NCBI GenBank assembly: GCA_036785375.1
Contig: JAWMAR010000084.1
Location: 3,162,001 to 3,226,000 of the forward strand
From: Leucoraja ocellata
Taxonomy: Eukaryota
Length of the DNA stretch: 64,000 bases
Direction: 5' to 3'
This document shows, piece after piece, positions 12,185-22,865 of this stretch. How positions within the stretch are numbered: the stretch's first letter is position 1; each line of letters opens with the position of its first letter. The notes under the pieces are model-generated. The model made no database searches. It had not been told where the DNA came from and saw only the letters and a program-made list of their open reading frames with translations. A program made the translations under genes and the position numbers.

Positions 12185-12298
12185 CCCTCCGCTCCCACCC
12201 TCATTATATAGATCAAATTCGGACTAATGTCTCGTTGGTCTTTACTATCTTTACTTCAACTAGTGTCTATCTGTGATTCCACACCGCTGCTTGGAAGT

Positions 12299-12407
12299 AT
12301 GCCGCGCCTGCGCGCTGGGTGGGTTCTTCACGTAATCCCTCATCGTAACTCCTCATAAAATACAGATCAAACTTCGTACTGGTAAGTACTCGTTTAATCT
12401 TACTATT
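12299..12407 (+). repeat. DIRS1 right terminus (ITR plus right extension)
   Basis: Complementary to the left ITR and to the ICR. Ends TTTAATCTTACTATT. Confidence 0.95.
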
Positions 12408-12811
12408 AAATAAAATACCAGAACAAAAGGAGGCTACAGATTTTTGGTTATTGAGTAGAGCTACTACGCATGGAAAAAAAAGCTGTTTTAATGTCTGGCT
12501 GTGGCAGCTTTGACAGTCCGGATCGCCTTCCAGAGGGAAGTGATTCAAAGAGATTGTGGCCAGGGTGAAAGGTGTCAGAGATGATTTTCCTTGCTCGCTT
12601 CCTGGCCCTTGCAGTTCGTTAATGGAGGGAAGGTTGCAACCTTCTCAGCTGATCGGACGATTTGCTGCAGCCTCCAGATGTCGTGCTTGGTGGCTGAGCC
12701 AAACCAGACCACAATGGAGAAGGTGAGGACAGACTCTATGATGGCCGTGTAGAATTGGAACATCATTGCTTGTGGCAGATTGTGCTTCCTCAGCTGCTGC
12801 ACGAAGTACAA

Positions 12812-13655
12812 CAGTCAAGTCAAGAGAGTTTTATTGTCATGTGTCCCATATAGAAACAATGAAATTCTTGCTTGCTGTAAACAGATAAAGTGCAATAGGC
12901 TGTTATTGTTCAGAGTTTGTTTGATGGTGAGTTTTACAGCCTGATGGCTGTGGGGAAGTAGCTGTTACTGAACCTGTTTTTTCCAGATTTCAAGCTCCTG
13001 TACCTTCTTCCCGATGGCAACGGAGGGATGAGTGTGTGGCCAGGATGGTGTGGGTCTTTGATGATGTTGGCAGTCTTTTTGAGGCAGCGACTGCTCCTTC
13101 AATCCCTTCGATGGTGAGGAGGCCAGAGCCGATGATGGACTGGGCAGTGGTCACAACTTTCTGCAATCTTTTCCGCTCCCGGACGTTCAAGTTACCGAAG
13201 GAAGCCATGATGCAACCAGTCAGTATGCTCTCTACTGTGCACCTGTAGAAGTTCGAGAGGGTTCTCCTTGACATACCGACTCTCCGTAATCTTCTCGGGA
13301 AGTAGAGGCGCTGAATGCATCAGTGTGCTGGGACCAGGAAAGATCTTCGGAAATATGCACGCCTAGGACTTTGAAGTTCTTGACCCTTTCCACCATCGTC
13401 TCGTTGATATAAACTGGATTGTGGGTCCCTATCCTACCCCTTCCAAAGTCCACAATCAGTTCTTTGGTTTTGCTGGTGTTGAGAGCCAGGTTCTTGTCCT
13501 TGCACCATTTGGTCAATCGGTCGATCTCACTTCTATACTCTGACTCATCACCATCAGTGATTCGTCCCACAATAGTGGTGTCATCAGCGAACTTGATGAT
13601 GGAGTTTGCACTATGCCTGGCTATGCAGTCATGAGTATAGAGTGAGTACAGCAGC
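12812..13655 (-). mobile_element. Second Rex1-like LINE fragment nested in the first
   Basis: (CAAGT)n tail. IKFADDTTIVGRITDGDESEYRSEI...LNTSKTKELIVDF and TLSNFYRCTVESILTGCI (ORFs 13232-13570 and 12990-13274). Confidence 0.85.
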
Positions 13656-14254
13656 GAACTGTGCCTTTTTGACTGTGTAGTTGATGGTAGCCCCCCATTT
13701 AAGGTCCTTGGAGATGATGGTTCCCAGGGACTTAAAAGACTCTGTAGATGTGACTGTGGTGTTGTTAATGCTGAGTGGGGTGAGGGGAGGGGGAGCTCTC
13801 CAAATGATTTGTGGGTTAATTGGCCTCTTTAAAATTTAATCTAATGTGTAGGGTGGGTGAGAAAGTGGGATAACATAGACACATTTGAATGGGTGATCGA
13901 TGGTCGGTGTGGACTGAAGGGCCTGTTTCCATTCTGTATCTCTGAACTCTAAATTAAGAGTACTATCTGGGATTAATAATGGTGGGCAAGGATGAAGTGG
14001 GACAAATGACTTGTTTCTATGCCTCCAGGAATCTATGAATGGAATAATTGCAAAAAATAGTTTAAATTCTGAATTAATCACTAAATCACTTGCCTGCTCA
14101 AAAAAACTTAGGGCCTATAAATTCAGAATACATGATGACAAATCTCTTGAGATCTTTTCTCTGCTGCACAATTGTATAGATTGGGATCTGTTCATTTTAA
14201 TGAAAGACCTTCCTTTTGCATAAACATAGTCTATCATTGCCATGTGCACAAAAG

Positions 14255-14592
14255 GCATAGATGGGGTAGACAGTCAGACCTTTTTTCCCAGGGTGGTATT
14301 GTTCCGCACTAGAGGGAATAGCTATAAGGTATGAGGAGGAGTGATAAAGATGTGCAGGGCAAGTTGTTTCCACAGAGTGGTGGAGGCCTGCAATGCATTG
14401 TCAAGAGTGGTTGTTGTAGGCAGATATGATAATGGTGTTTAAGAGGCATCTAGATAGGCACATGGAAGTGAAGGGAATAGAAGGAAATGAATCATGTAAG
14501 GGAGTTAAGATTAGTTTAATTAGGCTTCATGTTCGGCACAAACATTGTGGGCGGGAGGGCCCATCCCTGTGCTGTACTGTTCTATGTTCTAA
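14255..14592 (+). mobile_element. CR1-type LINE 3' fragment
   Basis: ACTAGAGGGAATAGCTATAAGG...CACAGAGTGGTGG...CTGTGCTGTACTGTTCTATGTTCTA 3' end. Confidence 0.65.
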
Positions 14593-15884
14593 AAGAAAAT
14601 AAGTAAATCATACTTTTGGTCTCGGCACCGGAGAGATATTCAGCAGGAATGGTACAGGTTTGGGCTATCGGTCATGTGGAGAGACCATGTTGAAACTTTC
14701 ATGGTTGAGTCTGGGATTGGGTTCATACTCAGAAGTGTTTGGGGTATATGGCAAGATGCATTATAAGGGTCCCTGAAAGAGTTATCACATGGGTTAATTA
14801 TGTAACTTATAGAGGGAAGTTCATGAAAAAGGCTTGTATGTTGCAGCCACAGTAATCTGGGAGTGGAGACCTGGGAATCTGAATAAAATAACCATTTCTG
14901 GAAAGATTCAGCAGGTCTGGCTGATGTTCAGTTCTGAGCAAGGGGAGGGAGTTGTCAGGGATGATGGGGACTCTGATCATACAGCAAATAAGATAAATCT
15001 GGGTCTTACCTTTTTGGATCCCAGGCTGGCATTTACTTTGAAGACTTGAGGATCAGCAGATGCTGGAAGCAAAACGCAAAGTGCTGAAGGAACTCAGCGG
15101 GTCAAGCATCATGTGCGGTGGAATTGGACAGGCAATATATCGGGTTGGAACATTACTTCAAGAATTTAAGTTTTATTGCCTGGTTCATGAATGGATCGGT
15201 CAATCCTTGGACAATGCAACAAAAGAATGGGGAATTATGTCCATATAACAATTACAGCACGGAAACAGGCCATCTCGGCCCTACAAGTCCGTGTTGAACA
15301 CTTATTAATCATTGGGTGCGTGGCTAATGTAGAAATCTCTTTAGGCCTGTCGGAGAGAGACAGGTTGGGTAGAATTTACAGAGTGATGGGAAGTGACTGG
15401 GAAATGGTCATATTTGTTTTCCACCTTAGAATGGATCCGTTTTTTTAATTTTTAATGCTGTGACATAAACCTCATTGTGCAATCTAAGTCTTAGACAAAT
15501 ATATCTCAGCCTTTGTTTTAATTTTCTCTATAAAAAGACAATTGAGGGAGAAAAAAAATTGCAGTTAAAAGTTACAAGCATCCTTCATGCTTGAAGGCTT
15601 ATTGTTTAATGAACATAGTTGCTTTCATTCAAACATTAAAGAGAAAAGATGACCAATGCTTCCAGTGTAATCTAATTTCTGCTTCATCTACGGGCAATAT
15701 GTCAACTGGTCACATTATAAATCAAAGAGGAATGAAACAATTCTCCGTGCAACTGTGCAATATATTGGTTTGGGTTGAATGGTATAAATAATAGTCAGAC
15801 CAACAGCACTGTTGTTATTGAAGTGTAAGCTGAAAACTAACATCTGGTAACTGGACATGTTCAGTTAAACCAAAATTCAGGAAG

Positions 15885-16282
15885 TTGGTAGGAAGGAACT
15901 GTCAATGCTGGTTTACACCAAACATAGACACAAAGTGCTGGAGTAACTCAATGTGGCAGCATCTCTGAAGAAAAGGAATTGGTGATGTTTTGGGTCAAGG
16001 CCCTTCTTCAGACTGAGAGTCGGTGGAGAGGGAGAGTAATACGGAAGTGTAAGGTGTGCAAATGACAGATCAAAGCAGACGATGATCAAGGAAATGTAGA
16101 ATGGTTCATTGTTGGCTGTGAGGAAGGTGGTGAGGAGACATACAATCAGTAAGATTAATCAGGAGGACATTAAACTAATCGGAAAACTAGTCCGTGTTCC
16201 AGGTGTGGACTCCTATATATCAGCGAGACCAAGCGCAGACTCGGGGATCGTTTCGACCCGAAGAAGGGTTTTGACCCGAAAC
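15885..16282. mobile_element. Penelope-like fragments: inverted pseudo-LTR plus GIY-YIG piece
   Basis: 16195-16254 (+) translates to CSRCGLLYISETKRRLGDRF, the GIY-YIG YIG box region. Hammerhead-like cores at about 15983-16012 (-) and 16258-16282 (+). Confidence 0.7.
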
Positions 16283-16535
16283 TGAAATACAAGGCATGGT
16301 GTATAGCTTATAGGGTTTACTTAACTGATCTGCTAAGTTGGTAAAATATTTTGGAGTTTGTTCAATTCAGATAATGCAAGATTTTAGTTGTTTTATAGTT
16401 ACTGCCAAACAATCTTTTCTGATACTGAACATTAACTTTTGCACAGATAGTCACAAATTGCTCATCTCAAATTGACTCAGCAGGTCAGGCAGCATCTCTG
16501 GAGGAAAAAGGATGGGTAAGGTTTCTGGCCGGGAC

Positions 16536-16750
16536 TGTAAAGGAGTCAAGTCTGACACACTGTAACTTTACTGAGTCTTTAATAAAGGCACATGTCAAAC
16601 ACGTCCCAGTACTGACTGCATCTAGTCTTCAGGCGTACTGGAGCCAAGGGGGGAGCAAAGGGAAGATATCACAGTTATACTGAAATGACTGGGCGTGGTT
16701 AGTGGTATTGAGGTAGCTACATTATAGGTTGCATGCATAAACCATCTACA
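16536..16750 (-). repeat. Gypsy 3' LTR
   Basis: TG...CA ends. Four substitutions relative to the reassembled 5' LTR, by my count. Confidence 0.95.
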
Positions 16751-16818
16751 TCCTTTCCCTTAGAAATCTAAAATTGAAGTTATAACAGTGGCAGTGTGAT
16801 TATACAATGCATGCAAAT

Positions 16819-19800
16819 TTAAACAAAATCACCGTAGCAGACAGGAGGTTTGACAACCCGACCCGAGCGTGTGCGTATAGCACCATCACCCTCCCCACCA
16901 GATAGAAGAGGAGGCGGAGCAGTAGCAGCCGGGAAGGAGAAAGTCGGCGGAGACCCAACCGGGAATGCAGAAGGTGACCCAGCCGGCACAGGTGATCCAG
17001 GAGGAGGAGACGGGGGAGGAGAAGGAGAACGCGCAGGGGAGGAGAACATCTGCCCGAACCCAGGAAGTGCAGAGGGAGGAGAACGCGGCAAGTGAACTAC
17101 CCGGGGCATGCAGGGAGCTGTGGGGTAATTAGTAATGACAGGCTCGAAACACAACGGAGGAGCGTAGGGATCCGCAGGAGGAGGCTGAGGCTCATTAACG
17201 GCCAACAGGTGCTGGCGGCTCCGGCGGTAAACAGTTCCATCAAAGTCCACCAGGTAAGATCTCGGGGAATCGTCCACACCAACAACGGTTGCGATTCGGG
17301 AGAATCCGGTGGCTGTATGCATGTGGACGACCTGGCCAGGCAGTAGTGGTGAGAGCGGGCGGCAGGACTTGTCATGAGAGCGGCGCTGTACCTCATGCTT
17401 GTGAGCAATCTGTTGCTGGACGGCAGCAGGCTGGAGGACCTTGGGCACCAGGGATTGTTGGGCGATCGGCATCGGTGGGCGAACACACGGGACATTAGAC
17501 GCTGGGCAGGGGATCGCATGGTAGGGTCGCGTGAGATGTTGCGAAGGTTTAGTAGACCCAGGTAGAAGTCACCATTGGAGAGACGAGACTGCTCGAGCAA
17601 ATTCTTGGCACTGCGGACAGCTCGCTCGGCCAGGCCATTGCTCTGCGGGTATTCGGGGCTGCTGGTATAGTGAGTGAAGCTCCATTTCACAGCGAAAGCC
17701 TGGAATTCTGCACTGGTGAACTGACGGCCGTTGTCGGCCTGCAAGCGGACCGGGGACCCAAAGGTAGCAAAGTGTCTGCGCAGCTTACTGATAACCATTT
17801 CAGAGGTGATAGCAGGGAGAAGATCCACTTCGAACCAGTTGGAGTATGAATCAACCAACACCAGGTAGTGATTGCCTTGCCATTCGAATATGTCAGCAGC
17901 CAGCGAGGTCCAGGGCATGGCAGGCGCAGGCTGCTGCAGAAGTGGCTGGCGCTGCTGATGTGGGGCAAGAGTGTTGCAATCAGGACAGGAGGCTACTCGG
18001 GCTTTAATGTAATTGGCCATGCCGGGCCAATAGTATTGTTCTTGGGCATGTGAGACGGTGGCATCGGCACCGGGATGCCCCATGTGAGCAGCGTTGTAGT
18101 ACAAGTCGTATAGGGAGGCAGGGACGACCACCTTGTGACCCTTGATGATGATGCCGTCCCGGAGCACAAGCTCATCGCGGACCAGAAAGAAAGGGTGGGG
18201 CGCCCACAGGCAGTGAGATGCGTCTGCTGGGCCACCCCTGCTGGATGACAGCTGCGAGCTGTTGCAGGTCGGGGTTGTTGGCGGTGTGCTCAACCAGGCA
18301 CTGCAGCTGCTTGTAACAAAGTTGACATTTAGTACCTGCAGATCCTCCTGCTTGTAGGGGTGCCTGTCACCTGAGGACCGGGGGGCCCGGGACAGCGCGT
18401 CGGCCACATGCATCTATGCCCCTCTTTTACACGATCAGAAAGTTGAACCGCTGGAGCTGTAACATCATGCGCTGGAGTCTAGCTGGAGCGATGTGGATAA
18501 GCTTATTGAGGATGGTCACCAAGGGTTGATGATCCGTCTCGACGGTGAACCTGGTACCGAAAATTACGTCCTTGAACTTGGAGCAGGCGAATACAACCGC
18601 AAGAAGCTCCTTCTCGATTTGTGCATAGCACTGCTCAGTATCTGTCATGGTACGCAAGGCATAAGAAATGGGCTGCAGCGAGCCGTCATCATGGAGTTGC
18701 AGGCAGGCAGCACCGAGTCCGAAGCGGGAAGCATCACACGTAACTACAATTGGACTTTGCAGATCGAAAAACTTGAGAGTTGGTGTGCTAATCAGCTTTG
18801 TTTTGAGAAGGTTGAAAGCCTGCTGGTGTTGGGGAAACCAGGACCAGGCAATGTCTTTTTTTGTCAGTTGCCTCAGGGGTGCGCTCAACTCGCTGAGGTC
18901 GGGGATGAACTTTCCCAAATAGTTGACCATGCCCAGGAAACGCTGCAGGCTGGTCACGTCGGTCGGGGCAGGCAGCTCGGAGATAGCGTTGGTCTTCTGC
19001 GGATCAGGTTTCAGCCCATGGGCTGTGAAGATGTGGCCAACATAGGGTACTTTATCTTTCCCATAAACCAGGATGTCATCCACGATAATGGCACACGGCA
19101 GGCCAGCAAACAGTTTCTCCATGGAGCGTTGAAACACTTCACTAGCAGAGTTGATGCCGAACGGCAACCGCAAAAATTTGAATCTTCCGAAGGGAGTGCC
19201 AAAAGTGGTTAAGTCTGAGGAGCGTTTGTCTGGAGGTATTTGCCAGAACGAGCTCCTGGCATCAAGGACAGAGAACACCGTGGCCTGACCGACCTGGGCA
19301 GCAACATCTTCTACAGTTCCCATGGGGTGATGAGGACGCCTTATTGCCAGATTTAAGTCTTTGGGGTTGATGCACACCCATATCTCGCTCTTACCCTTCT
19401 TCATGGTGGCGACCATGGTGGAGACCCACTCGGTGGGTTCGCTGACAGCTTCAAGCACTCCCATGTCAACCATGTTCTTCAGCATGGCTTCGACCTTGCC
19501 CTTCATGGCAAACGACACCCTGTGTGGAGCACGGACCACTGGTACAACCAACGGGTCAGTTGCGATCTTGTATACAAGGGGCAGCTTACCCAGAGCATCA
19601 TCGAATAGGTCAGGGTACACGGAGAGTGGATTCAGCATCACCCGCACTTCGTGGACAGTACGGTCAAAGGACACCAGCCCGAGATCCTGACATGCCTGAT
19701 TGCTCAACAGAGTCACACAGTCGCAGTCAAGAATGAAAAACGACAGGTCACGCGAAGATTTCTTCAGGACACAGTGGAAGGTGGCCCTCCCCACAGGTTT

Positions 19801-20922
19801 TAGCTCCTCTCCCCCATAAGCATGCAATATGGAGCGATCAGCAGTTAACAGCTCATTATTTTCTTATCTTCCTGAACAGGGATGTAGACATAACATTCAC
19901 TTTCGCCCCTGTGTCCAGCTTAGCAGTGAAGGACTTGTTGTTGACAAGCACAGAAGGATTGGGGAGGTGAGATTGATTATGAAGGAGAGAATAAACACTG
20001 GCATCTCCCATGGAAATACTGGGGTCAGAGTCGAGGGCAGTGTCGACAGAAGACTGGGAACCAAATTCATTATCAACTTGTTGAAAGTTGTTTAAAACTT
20101 GTCTGGGAGCTGGAGGAACATTCCCACGGGAGCGACAGGCAGCTGAGCAATGGTTCATCTTCTTACAGAAATTACAAGCTTTACCAAATGCTGGGCACTG
20201 CGACTGCATAGAGTGGACATAATTGCAGTTGGGGCACTTCTTGACAAGCGGGACCCGAGCGGCATAAGTCAGCCGCGGTGCAGGGCGAACGTTGTCTTGC
20301 TTGCAAAGGGGCACAGCAACACCAGTCAGATTAATAGCCCGATTGTCAGATCCCTCCGCCCATGTAACGGGGCAACCACCTCAGCTATTCAGCATGCATG
20401 CATAGCCTCAGTCAGGGAGAGATCCGGTCTCCGCAGCAGCTCTGCTCATAGCTTCTGATCTAGCATGCCGGTGACCAAAATATCTCTGGTGAGCTGATCA
20501 CGCATGTTCTCGAAAAGGCATTGCTGAGCAAGGTAGCGCAGGTCAGCGTTAAAACATTCAACAGGTTCATCAGGTTGCTGTTTCCTTGTAAAGAATCTAG
20601 CCCGCTCCAATATACGGTTGGAGGACAAGTCACAAATTTCCGCAAACTTGCGTAAGAGACATACCGGGTCATTGGCAAATTCCGCCGGCTCGACGGCCTG
20701 GTTGTTGTCATCCAGGACCGCTGGATTGTAAGTGAAAGCCTGAGCACGCTTCATAGCATCGGGACCGGCAAGGTTCAGCAGGAGTGAGGCTTTGACCGCA
20801 TCAGGGTCATTTTGGTGCACGATGTTGATGAAATGGTTGTAGTCCATCATGAAAGTAGCCCATCGCTCCGCAATGTCAGCGTCAAAGACAAGGGGAGAGG
20901 GCTTGCGGCACGAGAATGCCAT
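16819..20922 (-). pseudogene. Gypsy gag-pol, frameshifted
   Basis: Gag MAFSCRKPSPL (ATG 20922) with tandem Zn knuckles CPNCNYVH...C and CNFCKKMNH...C. Protease LDTGA. RT LDARSSFWQI, LPFG, IVDDIL with an apparent in-frame deletion after YGKDK. RNase H CDASRFGLGA. Integrase HMGH...CPDC, ADIF, DNGRQF, GLAERAV. Confidence 0.92.
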
Positions 20923-21179
20923 GGTAAATAGGGAACTAAACACTAGTAAAACTAGGAGCAAATAAAACCCGATAAACAGGAGGCGTGCGTTTAACTTACT
21001 GACACCATATAAAGGAGTCAAGTCTGACACACTGTAACTTTACTGAGTCTTTAATAAAGGCACATGTCAAACACGTCCCAGTACTGACTGCATCTAGTCT
21101 TCAGGCGTACTGGAACCAAGGGAGGAGCAAGGGGAAGATATCACAGTTATACTGAAATGACTGGGCGTGGTTAGTGGTA

Positions 21180-22865
21180 CAGGTGCACAACCTTTTATCC
21201 GAAGTTCCAACTAACGAAAACCTCCGAATAGCGACATTTTTTCAGTCCTTGAAGAAAGGTCCTTGAAAACGTTCACCGAGGGCGGCCCGCAGAGGTGACA
21301 GCGGAACCTCCGGTCGGTCCTCGAAGAAAGGGGAACTAAATCCCCATTCATAAAAGAGAAGGTGAGGGTATATTGCGCGGGAGGGTTAATAATTGACAAT
21401 CTGCTGCTGCCTGCCCGCTGAGTTAAAAAGTTCCCACGGTAGACTCACGATACACAGTGTATCGTGAGTCTTGCATGAGAACTTTTTAACTCAGCGGGCA
21501 GGCAGCAGGAAATTGTCGCTCCCTTAAGTTTCACCCCACCTACACCCCTCTGCTTCCAGGCCATGTGTGTGACCCCTTCCCTCCCCTCTCCAGCTCCCCG
21601 CCCATTGCACCGGCGCGGGGGTTTTGCACTGTCTTCAAGTCGGAGCTAGTGCCAATCACCAGAGACGTCAGGACCAACGGGACACCGACCCCCAGGCCCA
21701 CTGCAAGCACGGAGATCCCAGAGACCCACAGCCAGCAGCAGCCCAGCCCCGTTCCAATTCCAGAGGAACACGCTCCCCGTAGGGACCGAAGCTGATGGTG
21801 TGCAAGGTGCGTCTTGGTCTTGAGGTTGCGGATGAGGGGGCGCAGCTCGGGCTGTGACGTCTCCGGCCACCCCCTGTACAGGAGCTGAGACTGGGAACTG
21901 TGGGGTTGTTTGCAGTTGCAGAGGGTGGGGGCAAGGGCGGTAAAGTTCCCAGTCTCAGCTCCATTCCAGGGGGGTGACCGGAGACGTCAGGACCAATGGG
22001 ACACCAACTGCAAGCACGGAGATCCCAGAGACTCACAGCCAGCAACAACTCTAGCCCAGCCCCGCTCCAACTCCAGAGGAACCCGGGTTGCGGATGAGGG
22101 GGCACAGCTCGGGCTGTGGGCGAACTGCCACTTGTCGCTGTAGCGGCCCATCGGGGAGCGGGTTCTTGTTGGTCCTGACGTCTCCGGCCACCACCCTGGA
22201 CAGGAGCTGAGAGACGTCAGGACCACCAGAAGCCGCTCCCCGATGCACCGCTACAGCGACAAGTGGCAGTTCGCCCACAGCCCGAGCTGCGCCCCCTCAT
22301 CGGGACACCGACCCCCAGGCCCACTGCAAGCACAGAGATCCCAGAGACTCACAGCCAGCAACAACTCTAGCCCAGCCCCGCTCCAACTCCAGAGGAACCC
22401 GGGTTGCGGATGAGGGGGCGCAGCTCGGGCTGTGGGCGAACTGCCACTTGTCGCCATAGCGGCCCATCGGGGAGCGGATTCCTCTGGAGTTGGAGGGACA
22501 GGGAGACACAGCAGCTTTTGAGAATGGTGGGCAATCACTTCCAAAGTTCTGCCCACACAGCCAGTACACCTCTCCTACACTTGTCTCCCGCACTAAGATT
22601 ATCTCGCAGAGAATGATCCCAGCCTAACCCTCCCTATTCTCTCCTATTCTGCAAGAAAAAACTACATTGAAGACTCAAACTCGCGATCGAGTAACTGCCG
22701 GGATCGAGGCGCAAACTCGCGACCTTGCGGATACGAGCCGAGCAATCTACCACTGCGCCATCCGTTAAAATCTACGCTAAAAATCTTCCGTTCCGAAAGC
22801 CGAAAAATTCTGAATTACGAAAAGTGTCTGGTCCCAAGGCTTTCGGATAAAAGGTTGTGCACCTG
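21180..22865. mobile_element. Non-autonomous Tc1/mariner (pogo/Tigger-like) DNA transposon
   Basis: Perfect 24-bp TIR CAGGTGCACAACCTTTTATCCGAA and TA duplication (21178-21179, 22866-22867). The right end TCTGGTCCCAAGGCTTTCGGATAA resembles Tigger4/MER46 ends from recall. No transposase ORF. Confidence 0.9.
22695..22763 (-). other. tRNA-like (SINE-head-type) remnant inside the Tigger-like element
   Basis: GGATGGCGCAGTGGTAGATTGCTCGGCTCGTATCCGCAAGGTCGCGAGTTTGCGCCTCG: A-box TGGCGCAGTGG, CT-CGT-AT loop, degenerate B-box. Stems are imperfect. Confidence 0.5.

Larger units (their letters stand above)
7618..12407 (+). mobile_element. Full-length DIRS1-type tyrosine-recombinase retrotransposon (4790 bp), apparently intact
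   Basis: Three uninterrupted ORFs. 36-bp perfect inverted repeats at 7645-7680 and 12299-12334. Internal complementary region 12072-12184 is complementary to both termini. ATT at both junctions and no other TSD. Confidence 0.97.
7464..13800 (-). mobile_element. Rex-Babar fragment of the same family as 277-1925, in three pieces (7464-7617, 12408-12810, about 13660-13800)
   Basis: Pieces are colinear with 277-993. (GAAT)n tail at 7464-7477. Interrupted by the DIRS1 element and by a second Rex element. Confidence 0.85.
7320..13955 (+). mobile_element. tRNA-derived V-SINE-type element split by nested insertions (halves about 7320-7462 and 13801-13955)
   Basis: Left half contains GGAGTTTGTACGTTCTCCCTGTGAC...GGGTTTCCTCC. 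Right half contains GGTTAATTGGC...GGGCCTGTTTCCATTCTGTATCTCT. Together they match uninterrupted copies at 23812-24106, 45524-45812 and 54862-55147. Confidence 0.7.

Noticed and set aside
18493-19212. 239-aa plus-strand ORF and other antisense ORFs over Gypsy, DIRS and Rex coding regions
   Set aside because: Shadow frames of real coding sequence, with no recognisable motifs.
21640-22500. CRISPR-like repeat-spacer array
   Set aside because: Eukaryotic context, repeats of about 100 bp with irregular spacing and mixed orientation, no unique spacers and no cas genes.
22695-22763. Functional tRNA-Thr(CGT) gene
   Set aside because: Anticodon and acceptor stems are mismatched, the B-box is degenerate, and it lies inside a transposon; kept only as a tRNA-like remnant.
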